From assembly GCF_001194135.2 (NCBI RefSeq), contig NC_068982.1:163355699-163419698 (forward strand): a DNA stretch of 64,000 nt, written 5' to 3'. The notes below the pieces were generated by a model that did no database searches, had not been told where the DNA came from, and saw only the letters and a list, made by a program, of their open reading frames with translations. This document shows positions 50,526 through 63,250 of the stretch, piece by piece. The translations under genes and the position numbers were made by a program. Position 1 is the stretch's first letter, and every line of letters starts with the position of its first letter. The DNA comes from Octopus bimaculoides. Taxonomy: Eukaryota.

Positions 50526-51520
50526 TTAACTTGGTGCCATAATAATTTTACCAACATAGAATTCTCTTTAAACTTTTTGCAGGCAGATAATTTTGAAATT
50601 CTGTAGAATGGGTTGATAAGTTTTAGAAAATTTGCAAAAAACACTTTATTTTTAAATCACATATAAAAACAGATAAAACATGAGAATTTGCTTAATAATT
50701 GTCATTATACAATATCCCACCCGACAAACACTAATTTTATAAAACAATTATATTTTATAAAACAATCATTACATAATCCTTTATCACAATCTACAGCACA
50801 AGTGGTTGTACATGTACCCTTGAATACTTGATCTCTTGATTGAATACATACAACATATTTGCTTTTTTTTTCTTGGTTTTCCTGGGCATCTGGCCACACT
50901 GGTTTGCCTGGGCATCTGGCCACACTGGTTTGCCTGGGCATCTACCCACATTTCTCCTGAGTTCTCTGTATCCCTCAATAAGGCCTTGGACAAGTTCAGT
51001 GATGAACTGCAGGTGAATTGATTTGTTTGTGTGTTGGGGTACTATAATTTGAGTTGTTTTCGTAACAAATGTAGGTATTTGTTATAGCACTGTCAATAAG
51101 GTGAGACACTATTTTTTGCCAACATTTTACTGGTCAGAAAAATTAAGCTCTGTACACCATTTCATTATTGTACTTTATGATGAAATTAGGAACTTTGTTA
51201 CATTGCATTTTATTTATAGGGTCTGCTGAACCAAAAGTTGATAAAAAACCTGACTTGTTTGTGGTTGACCCAGCTCAAAGCAAGCAACTGCCCTTTCTTC
51301 AGTGTTGTAACGTCTCCGTTTTTTTTTTTTGTCATTTTTCTTTTTTCACTTCTGAAGGCAGATGGTGGCAATCAGTATGGATGGTCCCTTTCACATGAAT
51401 TTGCTCCATTTTGTTGACCGATGCCCTACCTATATACTGCTGGCAACCAAAACATTCTCCTTGAAAAAGAGTTAACTCCTATTTTCTCACATAGACAGAA
51501 AGACAATTGTATATTGGTAC
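50526..51520 (-). pseudogene. Fossil piggyBac transposase (C-terminal half, Cys-rich domain, 3' UTR, candidate terminus)
   Basis: Across frameshifts: SVYVRK, GTIHTDCHHLPSEVKK, NGDVTTLKKGQLLALSWVNHKQVRF-LST, PNFIIKYNNEM, PVKCWQKIVSHLIDSAITNTYICY, HLQFITELVQGLIEGY..VGR, K(Y)VVC..C.VDCDKGLCNDCFIKY; AATAAA downstream; TTAA at 50526-50529. Confidence 0.8.
50875..50943. repeat. 26-bp tandem repeat, about 2.6 copies, inside the piggyBac fossil
   Basis: ggttt(t/g)cctgggcatctggccacact repeated in tandem. Confidence 0.9.
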
Positions 51521-52892
51521 TTATTTATTGTTGTTTAGCTTTTGGTCAGTCTTAGTGTAACTGAAACTACATTCTCCAATGTGTTCTCTCTTGATTACAA
51601 TGGTAAAGTGGAATTTGAGTAAGATGAAGCTACTCAGGTCAAGTGATCATGCAGAGATTTCTCCATTGGTACAACTAGTATTTTATCAACTTTAACATAA
51701 TGAAAGTGGAAGCCAACATTAGCAAGATTTGAACCCAGAATGCAGATAGGATGAAACTAAATATTGCAAGGCATTTAGTCTGGTGCACTACCAATTTCGC
51801 TAGTGTGTCTTGTATTATTTTATAATAAAAACACAAAGTAGTGCAAAAAAAAAAAAAATTCTAAAAAAAAAAAAAGAAACCAAAATGGAGGAAATAGAAA
51901 AAAAATTTGAAGTTAAAAAAATAAAAGAGATATAATGTCACTTATAAAACTACTCTATTTGTTTTTACTACGTTGGTTCTGCAATAAAATCAGGAAAATG
52001 GTTGCCTAATAGCAGAATCCTTTAACCATAGCATCTTCTCATTTGGATTACCAATAAATAACTAATGCATGATTATCCAAAAAGTTCTTACGGAAAATTG
52101 AATTAATTGAGAGAATGATGGAAAGGAGGAGGTGAAAAAAGAAATGAAATTTGCTGGTTGAAAACTCCTCCAAGCGTGACCATTGGTTCCTACAAGGGGG
52201 AAACGATGAGTAGTTATGACAAAAATAGCCATTTACAGTCATCAGACAGCAAAGAGGCTGTGACTAAAAGCAATAACTTTCACTTACATTTTCTGAATTT
52301 TAACAGAATAACAGTCTGTGAAATTATGGTTGATACCACATTACATTAACTCAGCTATCACAACGACCACCACCATAAACACTACATCCTCCCAAACTAT
52401 ATACACCATTACCATCATCAAATCAAGTTTAACATCTTCCATTCGCTAAACTAGCACTAGCCCTAGATACACAATTACCAGACGTTTCAGCCTTAGCCAA
52501 GTGCAGGTAGCTCCACCACTTCTATTCCACATGAAGCTATCACTTCAGTTTTACTATTGTTTTTTTCCCCTCCTTTTCTTTGACAATCTGTTCAGCTTAC
52601 TTCATAATGTAACCATCATTTATCCTCAGAACATATCCTTACCATACAAGACAATTTCTTCTGACAATAGGTTCCTTGATGTTTATGTTATGTTCTTGAT
52701 AGGACTTTAGTTTTAGCACAAATTTTATTTTTATAATTTACTTTCAGAATAATTTCGAGGTATCTTCTATGGAAGGCCATTAGTATTTTAAATACCTATT
52801 TGTCACTGTTTGCTAATGGCTATGTTTTGCAACTACAGAAAGCAAGATGCTGGATAAAGACTGAATAAAATCTCAGCTATTATTTGTTATAA

Positions 52893-53110
52893 AGCAAGGC
52901 TGTGAGCTGGCAGAATCGTTAGCATGCCGGGCAAAATGCTTAGTGGCATTTCATTTATCTTTATGTTCTGAGTTCAAATTCTACCGAGGTCAACTTTGCC
53001 TTTCATCTTTTCAGAGTTGACAAAATAAGTACCAGTCAAGCACTGGGGGTGTGTGATCGACTACCCATCTCTCCCACAATTTCAGGCCTTGTGCCTTTAG
53101 TAGAAAAGAT
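52893..53110 (+). mobile_element. Full-length tRNA-derived SINE with 14-bp target-site duplication
   Basis: A-box-like TGGCAGAATCG, B-box-like GAGTTCAAATTC; ATTATTTGTTATAA at 52879-52892 and 53109-53122, overlapping the tail. Confidence 0.88.
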
Positions 53111-55045
53111 TATTTGTTATAATACAGTTTTGTTAAAGATCTTTTGTAACTTAACAAATACAGTGGTCACTATATCCATTCCTTGGTTAATTTCTCATGC
53201 AATGATATGACTGCAGTTCATTTTGCAACCTTTAAACATTTCTATAAAGTCAATAGCAAGTCCCATGGTTTTGTTATTGAGTTTAACTATTACATTACTG
53301 TTTCACAAACTGCCATTGGTAAGTCTGTTGCCCTAGCTTCATACTCCATCAATTTAGTAATTTCTTAAGGATGGTTAAGACTCAGGAAAGTCTAAAGCTG
53401 TCAGTTTTGAGCCTTTACACTACAGAACAACACTTTAGCTATACTGTGATATTATCATTAGCAGAGTGTTGTGTTGTTGATAAAAGATCTATAGTAAATT
53501 TGAAGTTCAAGTAGATAGAAAGGTCTATGAGAAAACTGTCACCTTCTCTCATGAATCAGTTGCTTCAATTTATTGTTCTTCATCCTACTTATCACATTAT
53601 CTCACCACAACTGAACTTCATCCAGAAATACATCATTCCTTTACTTCCTGCTGTCGTCTTTCAGATGCTTGATTTGTTGATTACATGTCTTCTGGCTACC
53701 AGTGTAGCTAATCTTAAACAGATTCTTTATAATTTACTATGGGAGAGAATTAGTCAAGAGAACAGACCTACAACAGTGTTTGATGTGACAATATACTTGC
53801 GAAGTCTTCATCAACCCAAGAGAATGATTTCCTGTAAGAGGAGAGTTATTTCTGGTTCAGTAAACTACCCCAACAAACACAGCAGTAAATTTTATGAATC
53901 AGATATAAAGAGCAGTTGCCTAACCGTACCTTACCTATACCATCTTAATTGGTTGAGTTTTATTCTGACAGTCCTAGATACATCAATATTTAACACTTGT
54001 AAGACAGAGAAATAATAGGGAAGATTTAAGTCATCACTGACATCATCATCATCAATTACAATTTAACGCATGGTTAGCAGACGATACTGGATAACAGTAC
54101 AAGACCCGAAGAAAGCTCTTCGCATGCTTTCTTGATATATATTGAAATATGACCATGCTGGGGAACCTCTTTGAAGGCTTTACTTGATCAAATCAACAAA
54201 CCCAGTACTTATTTTTTGAAATTTAGTACTTACTCTATCAATCTCTTTTGCCAATTCATTAAGTTACAAGGATATAAACAAACCAACACCACTTGTCAAG
54301 CTGTGTTGGAAGACAAACACAAAAACACACACACACACAACAGGTTTTCACACAGTTTCCGACAATGAAATCCACTCACAAGGCTATAGTAAAAGGCACT
54401 TGACCAAGGTGCTGTGCAGTGGGACTGAACCCAAAACACATGGTTGCAAAGTGAGCTTCTTAACCACATAGCCAAACCTATATATATGTGTGTGTGTGTG
54501 TGGAGGGGATATATTGAAGCTGGTAATATATGTCATTGCAGTTGTTTAGTTCCACGTCATCTTTCATACAACAGACCCTATGATCAAGGTTATAAAAAAC
54601 ATGAACACTGTCTTTTTTCCAGACTACATCATCCAATGTATATTCTTTGCTTTTTAAAAAGATAGGAAGTGATTTGTGAGAGCTTTAGGTGTTATTTCTA
54701 GCAGCTGAAGAGACTATATAGAGCTTCCTATTTTTCAAGCTTGTGGTAGTAAATGTTTGTGAGAGGAGTCTCTTAACATTACGTTTTGTCATAAAGATTG
54801 TGACTGCCGATATTATAAGGAAACCATCAGATGAAGATTCCTAAATTCATAAAAAGCAGTTAACATTTCTATTTTAATTATATTCAAACTTCAAATAAAT
54901 TCCTTTGTCTGACTAATCTCAAGGAAAGCTGTTTTTTCTTGTTTCATTATTTTCTTCAAAATAATAGAAATTAAGTTGATTGCTCTTCATCATGACGTTT
55001 AGTATGGGTTCTAATTTTTTCTTTTGTCCTCATTTTATATTTTAG

Positions 55046-55190
55046 TAAAATCAGAAGAATTTCTAATTTTATGTCTTTTCTCTAAAATAATAATTCCACC
55101 ACCAGTGATGGAATATTATATTCCATCTCTGGTGGTGGTGAAATTATTATTTAGAGAAATGATATAAAATTAGAAATTCTTCTAATTTTA
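55046..55190. repeat. Spacerless palindrome, about 72 bp arms
   Basis: Centre gatggaatat-t-atattccatc; arms taaaatcagaagaatttctaattttat.. / ..ataaaattagaaattcttctaatttta. Confidence 0.9.
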
Positions 55191-56479
55191 ACGACTTTCC
55201 CCTCCCTGCTGTGGCCCACCTCCACCTCAAAACAACAACAAACAAACCCTTCCAAAACAAGAACAAAAGCAACTCAAAATCCACTAAATGTCATTATTTA
55301 TTGGTTGTTCTTTGTTTTTGTTAAATGAAAGGTTTATTTTGGAACATTCCTTTGATATTGCCCGGCTAATTCATTGAAGGCCTGAAGTAGTTTAGCCCTA
55401 ATTTTGTGATGGGCTAATTAGAACTGTTGATGATGGTATTCCCTTCATAGAGGCTTTCTTTGGCCTCATAGCTAGAGGTCCCTTGATTGAAGTGACAACA
55501 GCTCATTAGATGTACCTTTAATGTGGATTGAAACAGAAACAAATCAACAATAACCGGAAACAACAATAAAAAAAAAATACTGGTCGATTAGAGGTTGTAG
55601 TGAAATTTAATTGTAGAGAGGAAGAAGAAGAAGAAGAAGAAGAAGAAGAAGAAGAAGAAGAAGAAGAAGAAAAAGAAGAAGAAGAAGAAGAAGAAGAATA
55701 CAAGAGGATGACAAAAATAGACAAGAGGTGGGGAGAAGAACACGAAAAGAGAAAAGAAAATATATAAAAATAAGAGTGAAGACAAGAAATTGTAAAAATA
55801 AATCTAATTTTCTTGTCTTCTTTTCAGAGTTTCAGTGTAAAGAATAAAAACATTGGTGTTACAAAGTCACAGTTGGATGGCAGAGCACAAACATCCACAC
55901 ATTCATGCACTCAAGCATGCATATATAAACACTAAACACACACACACACACACAGAGGGAATGGATTGTGGTATCTGTTCTGCTTATGTACATTTCATTG
56001 ATGATACTATCTCTGACAGTATCAGCAATGGAAAAAAACCAATGGTAATATAGTTTCCATGATTTGATTAGAAGATCAACCACGACCATGACCACGATCA
56101 CCTCCACCACTACTACCACCATGACCACAATTGCGATCTCCAACATGGTTTGGTTTTGTAGATGAGAATTCAGGGAGGGGGCTGCCTATGTCAGTTGCTT
56201 GCAAGTGGCTGACAAAACTTATACAGAACAAGCAGCAACCCTGACTGAAAGGAAAATTCTATTTCAGATTTAGTACATCTGTGTCCTAGTTCTTCCATCT
56301 CTTTGTTCCTAAAACCAGTGCTGCTTGCATTCTTGAAAGACAAGGTGACAGTTGGGTGAATGGTGTGTCACCACTCTCTATTAAAATGACCGATGATTAA
56401 AGGTATTTAAGCCACAACAATACAACTGTGTCAGTGTATAAATGTGGTCTTCTAGTGGACATTATCAAGAGAAAATGTC

Positions 56480-56760
56480 TGCAAGAGATGGCTGTAGTGG
56501 TTCCCTATCAATGTGATACATGACAAGTCAGAAGATCTTTATAACAAAACTTTGTTCATCCAAAAAGTGTTCCAGCAGAAATGGAAAGAGAAGAATACGC
56601 TGACTATATGCCATGTTTATTGATCTGGCCAAAAAAATTTGATATAAAAATATAATGAATGAAAGTATCAGGAAATCTATCACTCACTAAAGTTTGAATA
56701 GCAATGTAAAAACCTAAGCATTTAATGTAAAGAGACCAGTGCTTAGCTTTGGTTTATAAC
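56480..56760 (+). mobile_element. Decayed RTE-like RT fragment
   Basis: FIQKVFQQKWKEKN followed by tttattgatctggccaaaaaaatttgata (FIDLAK-FD). Confidence 0.45.
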
Positions 56761-58774
56761 ATCTGAAATAAAAAATTCCCCTTGTTCCCTTAATTTTCTT
56801 CAGTTAAAATTCCTAGATGATCTCTATTACCATCTGGTAAACGTTTACCAACAGCTAAGTACAAGTGAGGAATGTAGGTTAAAGTTTACTACCCAAATAC
56901 AAAAAAACCCCTCAAAAACCCCAAAACAACAGACTTTGTTTACTCCCACATTTATATGGAACTGCACAACTTGTATTGAAAAGATCTTTTTGTTTATTGT
57001 CATCTTATATTGAAATGGAATTTACAGGACTTACTATGTCAGATATTGATTCTATCACTACTGCTACCAACATCTAAACCATTGTCTGCAATCCCACTGC
57101 AACTCTGGATACCATTTTAATAATCCCTTTTAATTACAAATGTTTACAAAGATACCCTACCCTACACCAGTAAACCTAGGTTTTCACATTTGTTATTCTC
57201 TTGACATTATTTGTCTTTATTCTTTGCCTGTAAGGTGCCATGTGGAAGAAGACCCTAGAGATATGAGCCTTTGTAAAAACCCATAGCTTTTAGTAATGGT
57301 ATCATTGAAGCTAAAAGATATTTCACTCAATGAGCATCTAATCTTTTCACTGGATTCTTTTAGTCTCTTGGGTGATGAGAAGCAGTATGATGGTTGATTT
57401 TCCTCTTACAAATAATCTCAGACCCTTTACAAAACAGATATTATATCAAAGTAGTGTTCTACGAACCATTTTATAACAGATTTATACTTTTAATGATATA
57501 AAAAAAAAATGAAAATAAAAATCTCATTACAACAAACAGTGTATTGTAATTCCCAAACAGAAATTTCTCAACGATTATATTTGCCAATGAATTCAATCTA
57601 ATAGCCATCACAGAGTATTCAATAGTGCCACAAGTCATCACACAGCTATCAATAGGGCTAATAATCAGCATACAGTTATCAGTAGTGCCCAGCTTTCGAA
57701 GAGAGTTTTCTTTTTTAATTGTCAGATCTATTTTATGTTTTAGCATGATTCGTGAGTGAAGAAAAGGAATTTAATCGAATTCTCAATAAAATTTCTCAAC
57801 CACCATGTTTTCATAATCATACCTTAATTGATATTCTGGTTTCCTCACAGGACCTTAGATATATAATCAAATTCTTGACAGCAAGACTTAATTTAAAACT
57901 CAAATACAAATTTAATTTCCCAGCTCTTTCAAAGTGTTGCATAACTGAAAAGGCAGATAAAAGAGCTTCCAAATTAATAGGGAAACCATTCTGACTTCTG
58001 TGGTCAGTTTCACTCAACTGAGTTTATTACATGGCATCACTGGTGTTGTGAGGTTAATGTCAGTACTTGATGTGTAGCTTACCATCACTTTAGATTTATA
58101 GTTTACTTCTATTTTCTCTGCTGTTCAAGCCACCATTAGATAAGGCTTGTGGAAACAATGTGTCAAAAGTATAGTGTCCCTTTAGGGTGGCAGTTCTTAA
58201 ACATTAATATGATGATGGGTGCTGTTTTATTTATTAGATTTCCTCAGTGAAGTATATACAGTCTTATTAGAACTTGTCAGACCTTAGGTGACTGAAATTT
58301 TGTGTAAATAACATTCATAGTAATTACCTCCAGTAAATGTTACAACATGCTTCTACTAGGCTTGTTTTCAGTTGTCTTCTTGGGTGATGGAGAAAACAAA
58401 TAATGAAAATCTGGAGTAAGAATTCTGAAATATTGAAATACTGCAGCAAATCTTGAAATACAAGTAAAGAGAGGGTTTGCTGAGGCAGAGTAGATGCTAT
58501 ACTGAATTAATTGAGTGACTGTACATATATGTATATANNNNNNNNNNNNNNNNNNNNNNNNNNNNNNNNNNNNNNNNNNNNNNNNNNNNNNNNNNNNNNN
58601 NNNNNNNNNNNNNNNNNNNNNNNNNNNNNNNNNNNNNNNNNNNNNNNNNNNNNNNNNNNNNNNNNNNNNNNNNNNNNNNNNNNNNNNNNNNNNNNNNNNN
58701 NNNNNNNNNNNNNNNNNNNNNNNNNNNNNNNNNNNNNNNNNNNNNNNNNNNNNNNNNNNNNNNNNNNNNNNNNN

Positions 58775-58817
<43 letters not shown>

Positions 58818-59084
58818 GCAGGGCCTTTAAAGCAACGAATAGAATGTGTTGCAATATTCTGGCTTTCTGTGCCCTGTCTTACAATTCCACCAAATTCAAG
58901 TTTGCCTTTTATCTTTTGGGGTTGATAAATAAGACTATCAGTCCAACATTGGCTTAGACCTCTCTCCCTTTCATATCCAAGATATTCAGCTGGATCAAGA
59001 ATGGGAGAGCCAAGACTGTGTCTGTTTCTACTTGTAACTATGTGACCACCTAAAACAGTTAGTGAAAGTATGGTGCATGTTACC

Positions 59085-59660
59085 AAGCTGTCCATGATTG
59101 CAAGTTATGGCCATATTAACTATGTCTGTCTTCCTGTCTTACTTGTTTCAGTAATTGGACTGTGGCCATGCTGGGACACTGCCTTGAAGAGTTTAGTTGA
59201 ACAAATCATTTCTTCTTCTTCTTCTTATTATTATTATTATTAACCTGGTGCTTATTCTGTCTCCTCTGCAAAACTATTAAGGCTCAGTATTAACTGAACA
59301 GACACACATACCCTTAATGTAGTTCTCAGGAAGATTCAGCATGATACAAAATGTGACAAGAGTGGCCCTTTGAAATACAGGTACAACTCATTTCCTCCAG
59401 CTGAGTGGACTAAGTATCTTGCTCAAGGACACAATGCACTGCCAGGAATCATATTCACAACTTAATGATCACGAGTTGAATACCCTAACCATTAAGCCAT
59501 GTGCCTTCACCTACACATCTACATATATGATGGGCTTCCGCATAGTTTCTGTCTACCAAATTCACTCACAAAGTCCTACTTAGTGGGACTGAACGTGAAA
59601 CGATGTGATGGTGAAGCAAACTTCTTAACCACACAACTATACATGTGCCTATATTTACTA
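59085..59660 (-). mobile_element. Nested SINEs: central-domain SINE (about 59280-59510) within another SINE
   Basis: Tail cttgtttcagtaattggactgtggccatgctggga at left and head gggcttccgcatagtttctgtctaccaaattcactcaca..aagcaaacttcttaaccacaca at right, with the 5572-5818 family between. Confidence 0.55.
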
Positions 59661-62600
59661 TTATTATCATTTGTTTGTCTGTTTTTCCAATACTTGGCCT
59701 GGATGGGCTTTGCGTGTGTGTGTCTGTGTGCGTGTGTGTGTGTGTGTGTGTACATACACACACATGTACAAAAGATGTAAAATTTAATAAAAAGTTGTGA
59801 ATTATCTGATTTTCTTTCAATGTTTTATCGAAAGTTCCTTATTTTTGGGGTAGTTTTTCAAGCAATGCACCACTCAATATTTTTTCTTTTCTTCTGAATA
59901 AAGTAAAATTTAAAAACAAAAGAAACTGAAAGAAAAAAGAAAGTAAAGAAAGTTTTCTTGATAATTTCAGGTTCGTTTTCTTTTTCCTTTTATTTTCTTG
60001 AGAGAGCCAGTAAGTTAGGTAAATGTAAATTTCCGTAAGGTATTTCCTTATCAGATCAAAGATAATAATCGATATGTACAAACTGATTACATTTCAGATA
60101 AACAGATAAATAATTACAAAAGGGAAAAAAAAATTCTTAATAATAAATATGTAAAAGAAGAAAAATAAAATTAAAAATCAAATGGTAAAAATAAAGGAAA
60201 ACAGAAAAGAAAATGCAGCAACCAGACTTTTGACCTCCACCTGCCTACCAAAACATACTAATCACCTGTCTATTTTATTTTTTTGAAGAATTTAACATTT
60301 CAGATATTTCATCAGAGTCTAAGTTGTGTTTGAAAGTAATATCTTTATATTTTCATTGCATGTGATGAATCAACAAAGTTTCTTTTTAGTAATGGCTAAC
60401 TTAACACTAGTCACATGAAACTCACCAATATAGGAGTGTATACAAAGGTCATAAGTACTGTCCTTTCTCATCTGACTAAACATGTTAACAGAATTAAAAA
60501 AAAAAAAAATTTAATGTTTCTTAACCCTTGAGGAGCTCTTAAGAACTGGTCTTAGAGATAAACATCAATTTGGAAATGTGCCAGTCTAGTTGGAGTATGA
60601 ATTCTAGATTTTCAACAACCTATTCCTATCAGTTAAAATTCATAGAAATAAAACAAAACACTAAGTGATTTCCAATATATTGTAATGTAATATTTTTTAA
60701 GAATAACATTACGTCAAGATATGTTGAAAGTTGCTTCATTAAAAGTGCTTTTTTTTATATTTTTTATTTTTTTATTTGAAGCCATGTAAAGTATTCTAGA
60801 AGCCTAATTGTGGAGTGAATAACATTTTGGATTATTGAATTAATCACTCGTAGGTCCTGAGTTTAAATCCACCCCAGATATTTCTGTTATATGTTTGTAA
60901 GGTACCTTTAACTCTGATGGGCTTTAGTCCACATTAGCTGATCTTGTTTAATGCCCAGTCAAACTTGATAAAGCAGACCTATGATGAAAGATCTTATGGT
61001 CAAAGCCAGAATTTTTTCATAGCAGATTCAAGGAACCCATGCTAGCATGGAAAGCGGACGTTAAACGATGATGATGATGATGATGATGCATTGATTTCCT
61101 TGTTAGCTGTGATTTGATAAAACTGATGCACTTAATACAATCATCATAATTTTAATGTTTTTTCATAGGTTGGATGTGTATGTGGTACAACACATTCCCA
61201 CTCATTGGGATCCTTTTGTGAGATCCAGAATCCCAAGATCTCAGCTCATAATATTTTTTATGCCTACTTGTGAAGATGACCTGTCTGGGAAATAAGCACT
61301 CATGATAATATGGCAGGATATTCTATTTCCTACACAATAGTAAGGAGGTTCCGTATGTTCTAATAAAGGTAGCTAGTCTAGGAGGACAGCTACTCCAAAA
61401 TAAGATCAATAAATGATAAAAAGAGGCGTGTGTCTCAACAAAATTTCTAGTGCGAGTACCAATATGTTCTGACTATTCAGTGTGTGCTTGGCAATAAAAA
61501 GGCAAGCATCCAAGCATAAACTGCAATAAAATGAAATATGACGAATGCTGAATCAAGTACTTTGAGAATTGCAATATGCTATATTTTACATCCTGTTTGA
61601 TCCATGACAGCATGAGATGATGATAATGATGATGCTGTTATAAGTTTATTTTTCTGAGCATGGTTATAGGTGATTTCAGTGACATCATTGACATCTGTTA
61701 GATTGTATTGAGGGTGCTGTGCTTACTGTCAGAAGACAGAGTTTATAAAAATGCCATGTAGTTATTGTTTAGGCACAGATCACCTCCAATCAAGTGAAAC
61801 TAAAATTGAAGGCACACTAGCCATAAGCATTATGTCTGTTTTTCACATATCTCAGACTACATATCAAAATGTGTTCTTTCTTTTAATTAGGATAGTAAGA
61901 TGCGATTTGGTAGTTATTTGGCTGCTATCTTCAGCAGGTTAAATGGCTTTGTTGATTGGTGGAGATGTCATTAATTTTACAGTAGTGAGGTCACTCCCTG
62001 ATCTCACTATTAGATAGAAACAATATTAGTGACTGAATTGTTGAAATTAAACAGCTAACATCAGCTATACTATAAGACAACCATAGGAGACATTAGTTGT
62101 TGATGTAGTTTGACTTCAACTCAGTTTGAATCAAGCAGTTCCATCATCGAAAGGGCTCCGTCCAGGACTATCCTATCATTTTAGGGATATCAGGGACTAT
62201 ATTATCTTGTATGTCACTCCTCTTCTTTAAAGATAATAAAGTGTGATTTGAAAGTGATTTGTCTGCTATTTCTACCAAATTGAGTGATATCAGAAGCTCC
62301 CAAACTCTATTTTAAGGTCATTGACCTTTATATTAAAATAAAATGAGATTTACTAGCTTAACTGTTGAGAGACCAAGCTGACACCCTCTTTCTCCATGTA
62401 TAGTTAAATAAAGGTGATACTGCTGTCCTTAAGGTTAGTTCATACTATCCCCCTTGTTATTGAACTTGATGATTATAGCATCAAATATCAAGGAACTACA
62501 ATTTACACTGCACAATATTAGTAAAAAATAAACCCAGATGCCAGACTTGAGACATTATTAAATGGAAATAGAATAAATATAAGTAATGAGGAATATCTAT

Positions 62601-62763
62601 GTCTAAAAAACAGAGTTAGTGTGTGTGTGTGTGTGTTGTGTCTTGCGTATGTTCCTTGTGGATTTGAAAACTGAGTTGCCAATTTTGATGTATGAGGTAT
62701 CAAAAGATTCAGTAATCTTTCAGCTACCAAATAAAGTATGTCTTTTGTACAATAACTTTTTTA

Positions 62764-63250
62764 CTACAAAAATAACCTTGTAAACGAGGTTGGGTCGCAT
62801 AATTTTGAGGTCATTTTCGGGCAATATTTAGATTTGCTTCTAATCTACATTGCAAATTTTAATGCTTTTGGAGTCAAAAAATGTAACAATGTACAAGAAG
62901 TGTTATAAGTGCATTTGTGATGCACAAAACCCTATTTGTCAACAGAAAATGACCAAAAAAAAACATGCTTTTTTGGTGCATTTTCCATACCACCCACTTC
63001 CACTTCTTTTTTTTTCCCAAAAAATTTNNNNNNNNNNNNNNNNNNNNNNNNNNNNNNNNNNNNNNNNNNNNNNNNNNNNNNNNNNNAAAGAATATAATTT
63101 TGCCCAAAAATTATGTTTTCAAAATTTTGATTTCCCCCCCTCCCCACCCCAATTTCTTAATTCTTGATTTATTTTCGAATTTTTTGTTTTTAATCCACAT
63201 AAAGAATATAGAGATTAAGAAACTGGAAATTTTTTTTTTTTTCTAAATTT
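62764..63250 (-). mobile_element. Possible Helitron-like element end
   Basis: On the minus strand an 18-nt hairpin AACCTCGTTTACAAGGTT (62791-62774) is followed by ATTTTTGTAG|T; GTAG differs by one base from CTAG; other end not found; contains an N gap. Confidence 0.3.

Noticed and set aside
52897-52985. tRNA gene
   Set aside because: A/B boxes belong to a SINE head, no cloverleaf is evident, and it continues into SINE body with a TSD
60285-60325. Minus-strand CTGATGA..GAAA motifs here, at about 36440-36475 and at about 63570-63595
   Set aside because: Helices do not pair adequately
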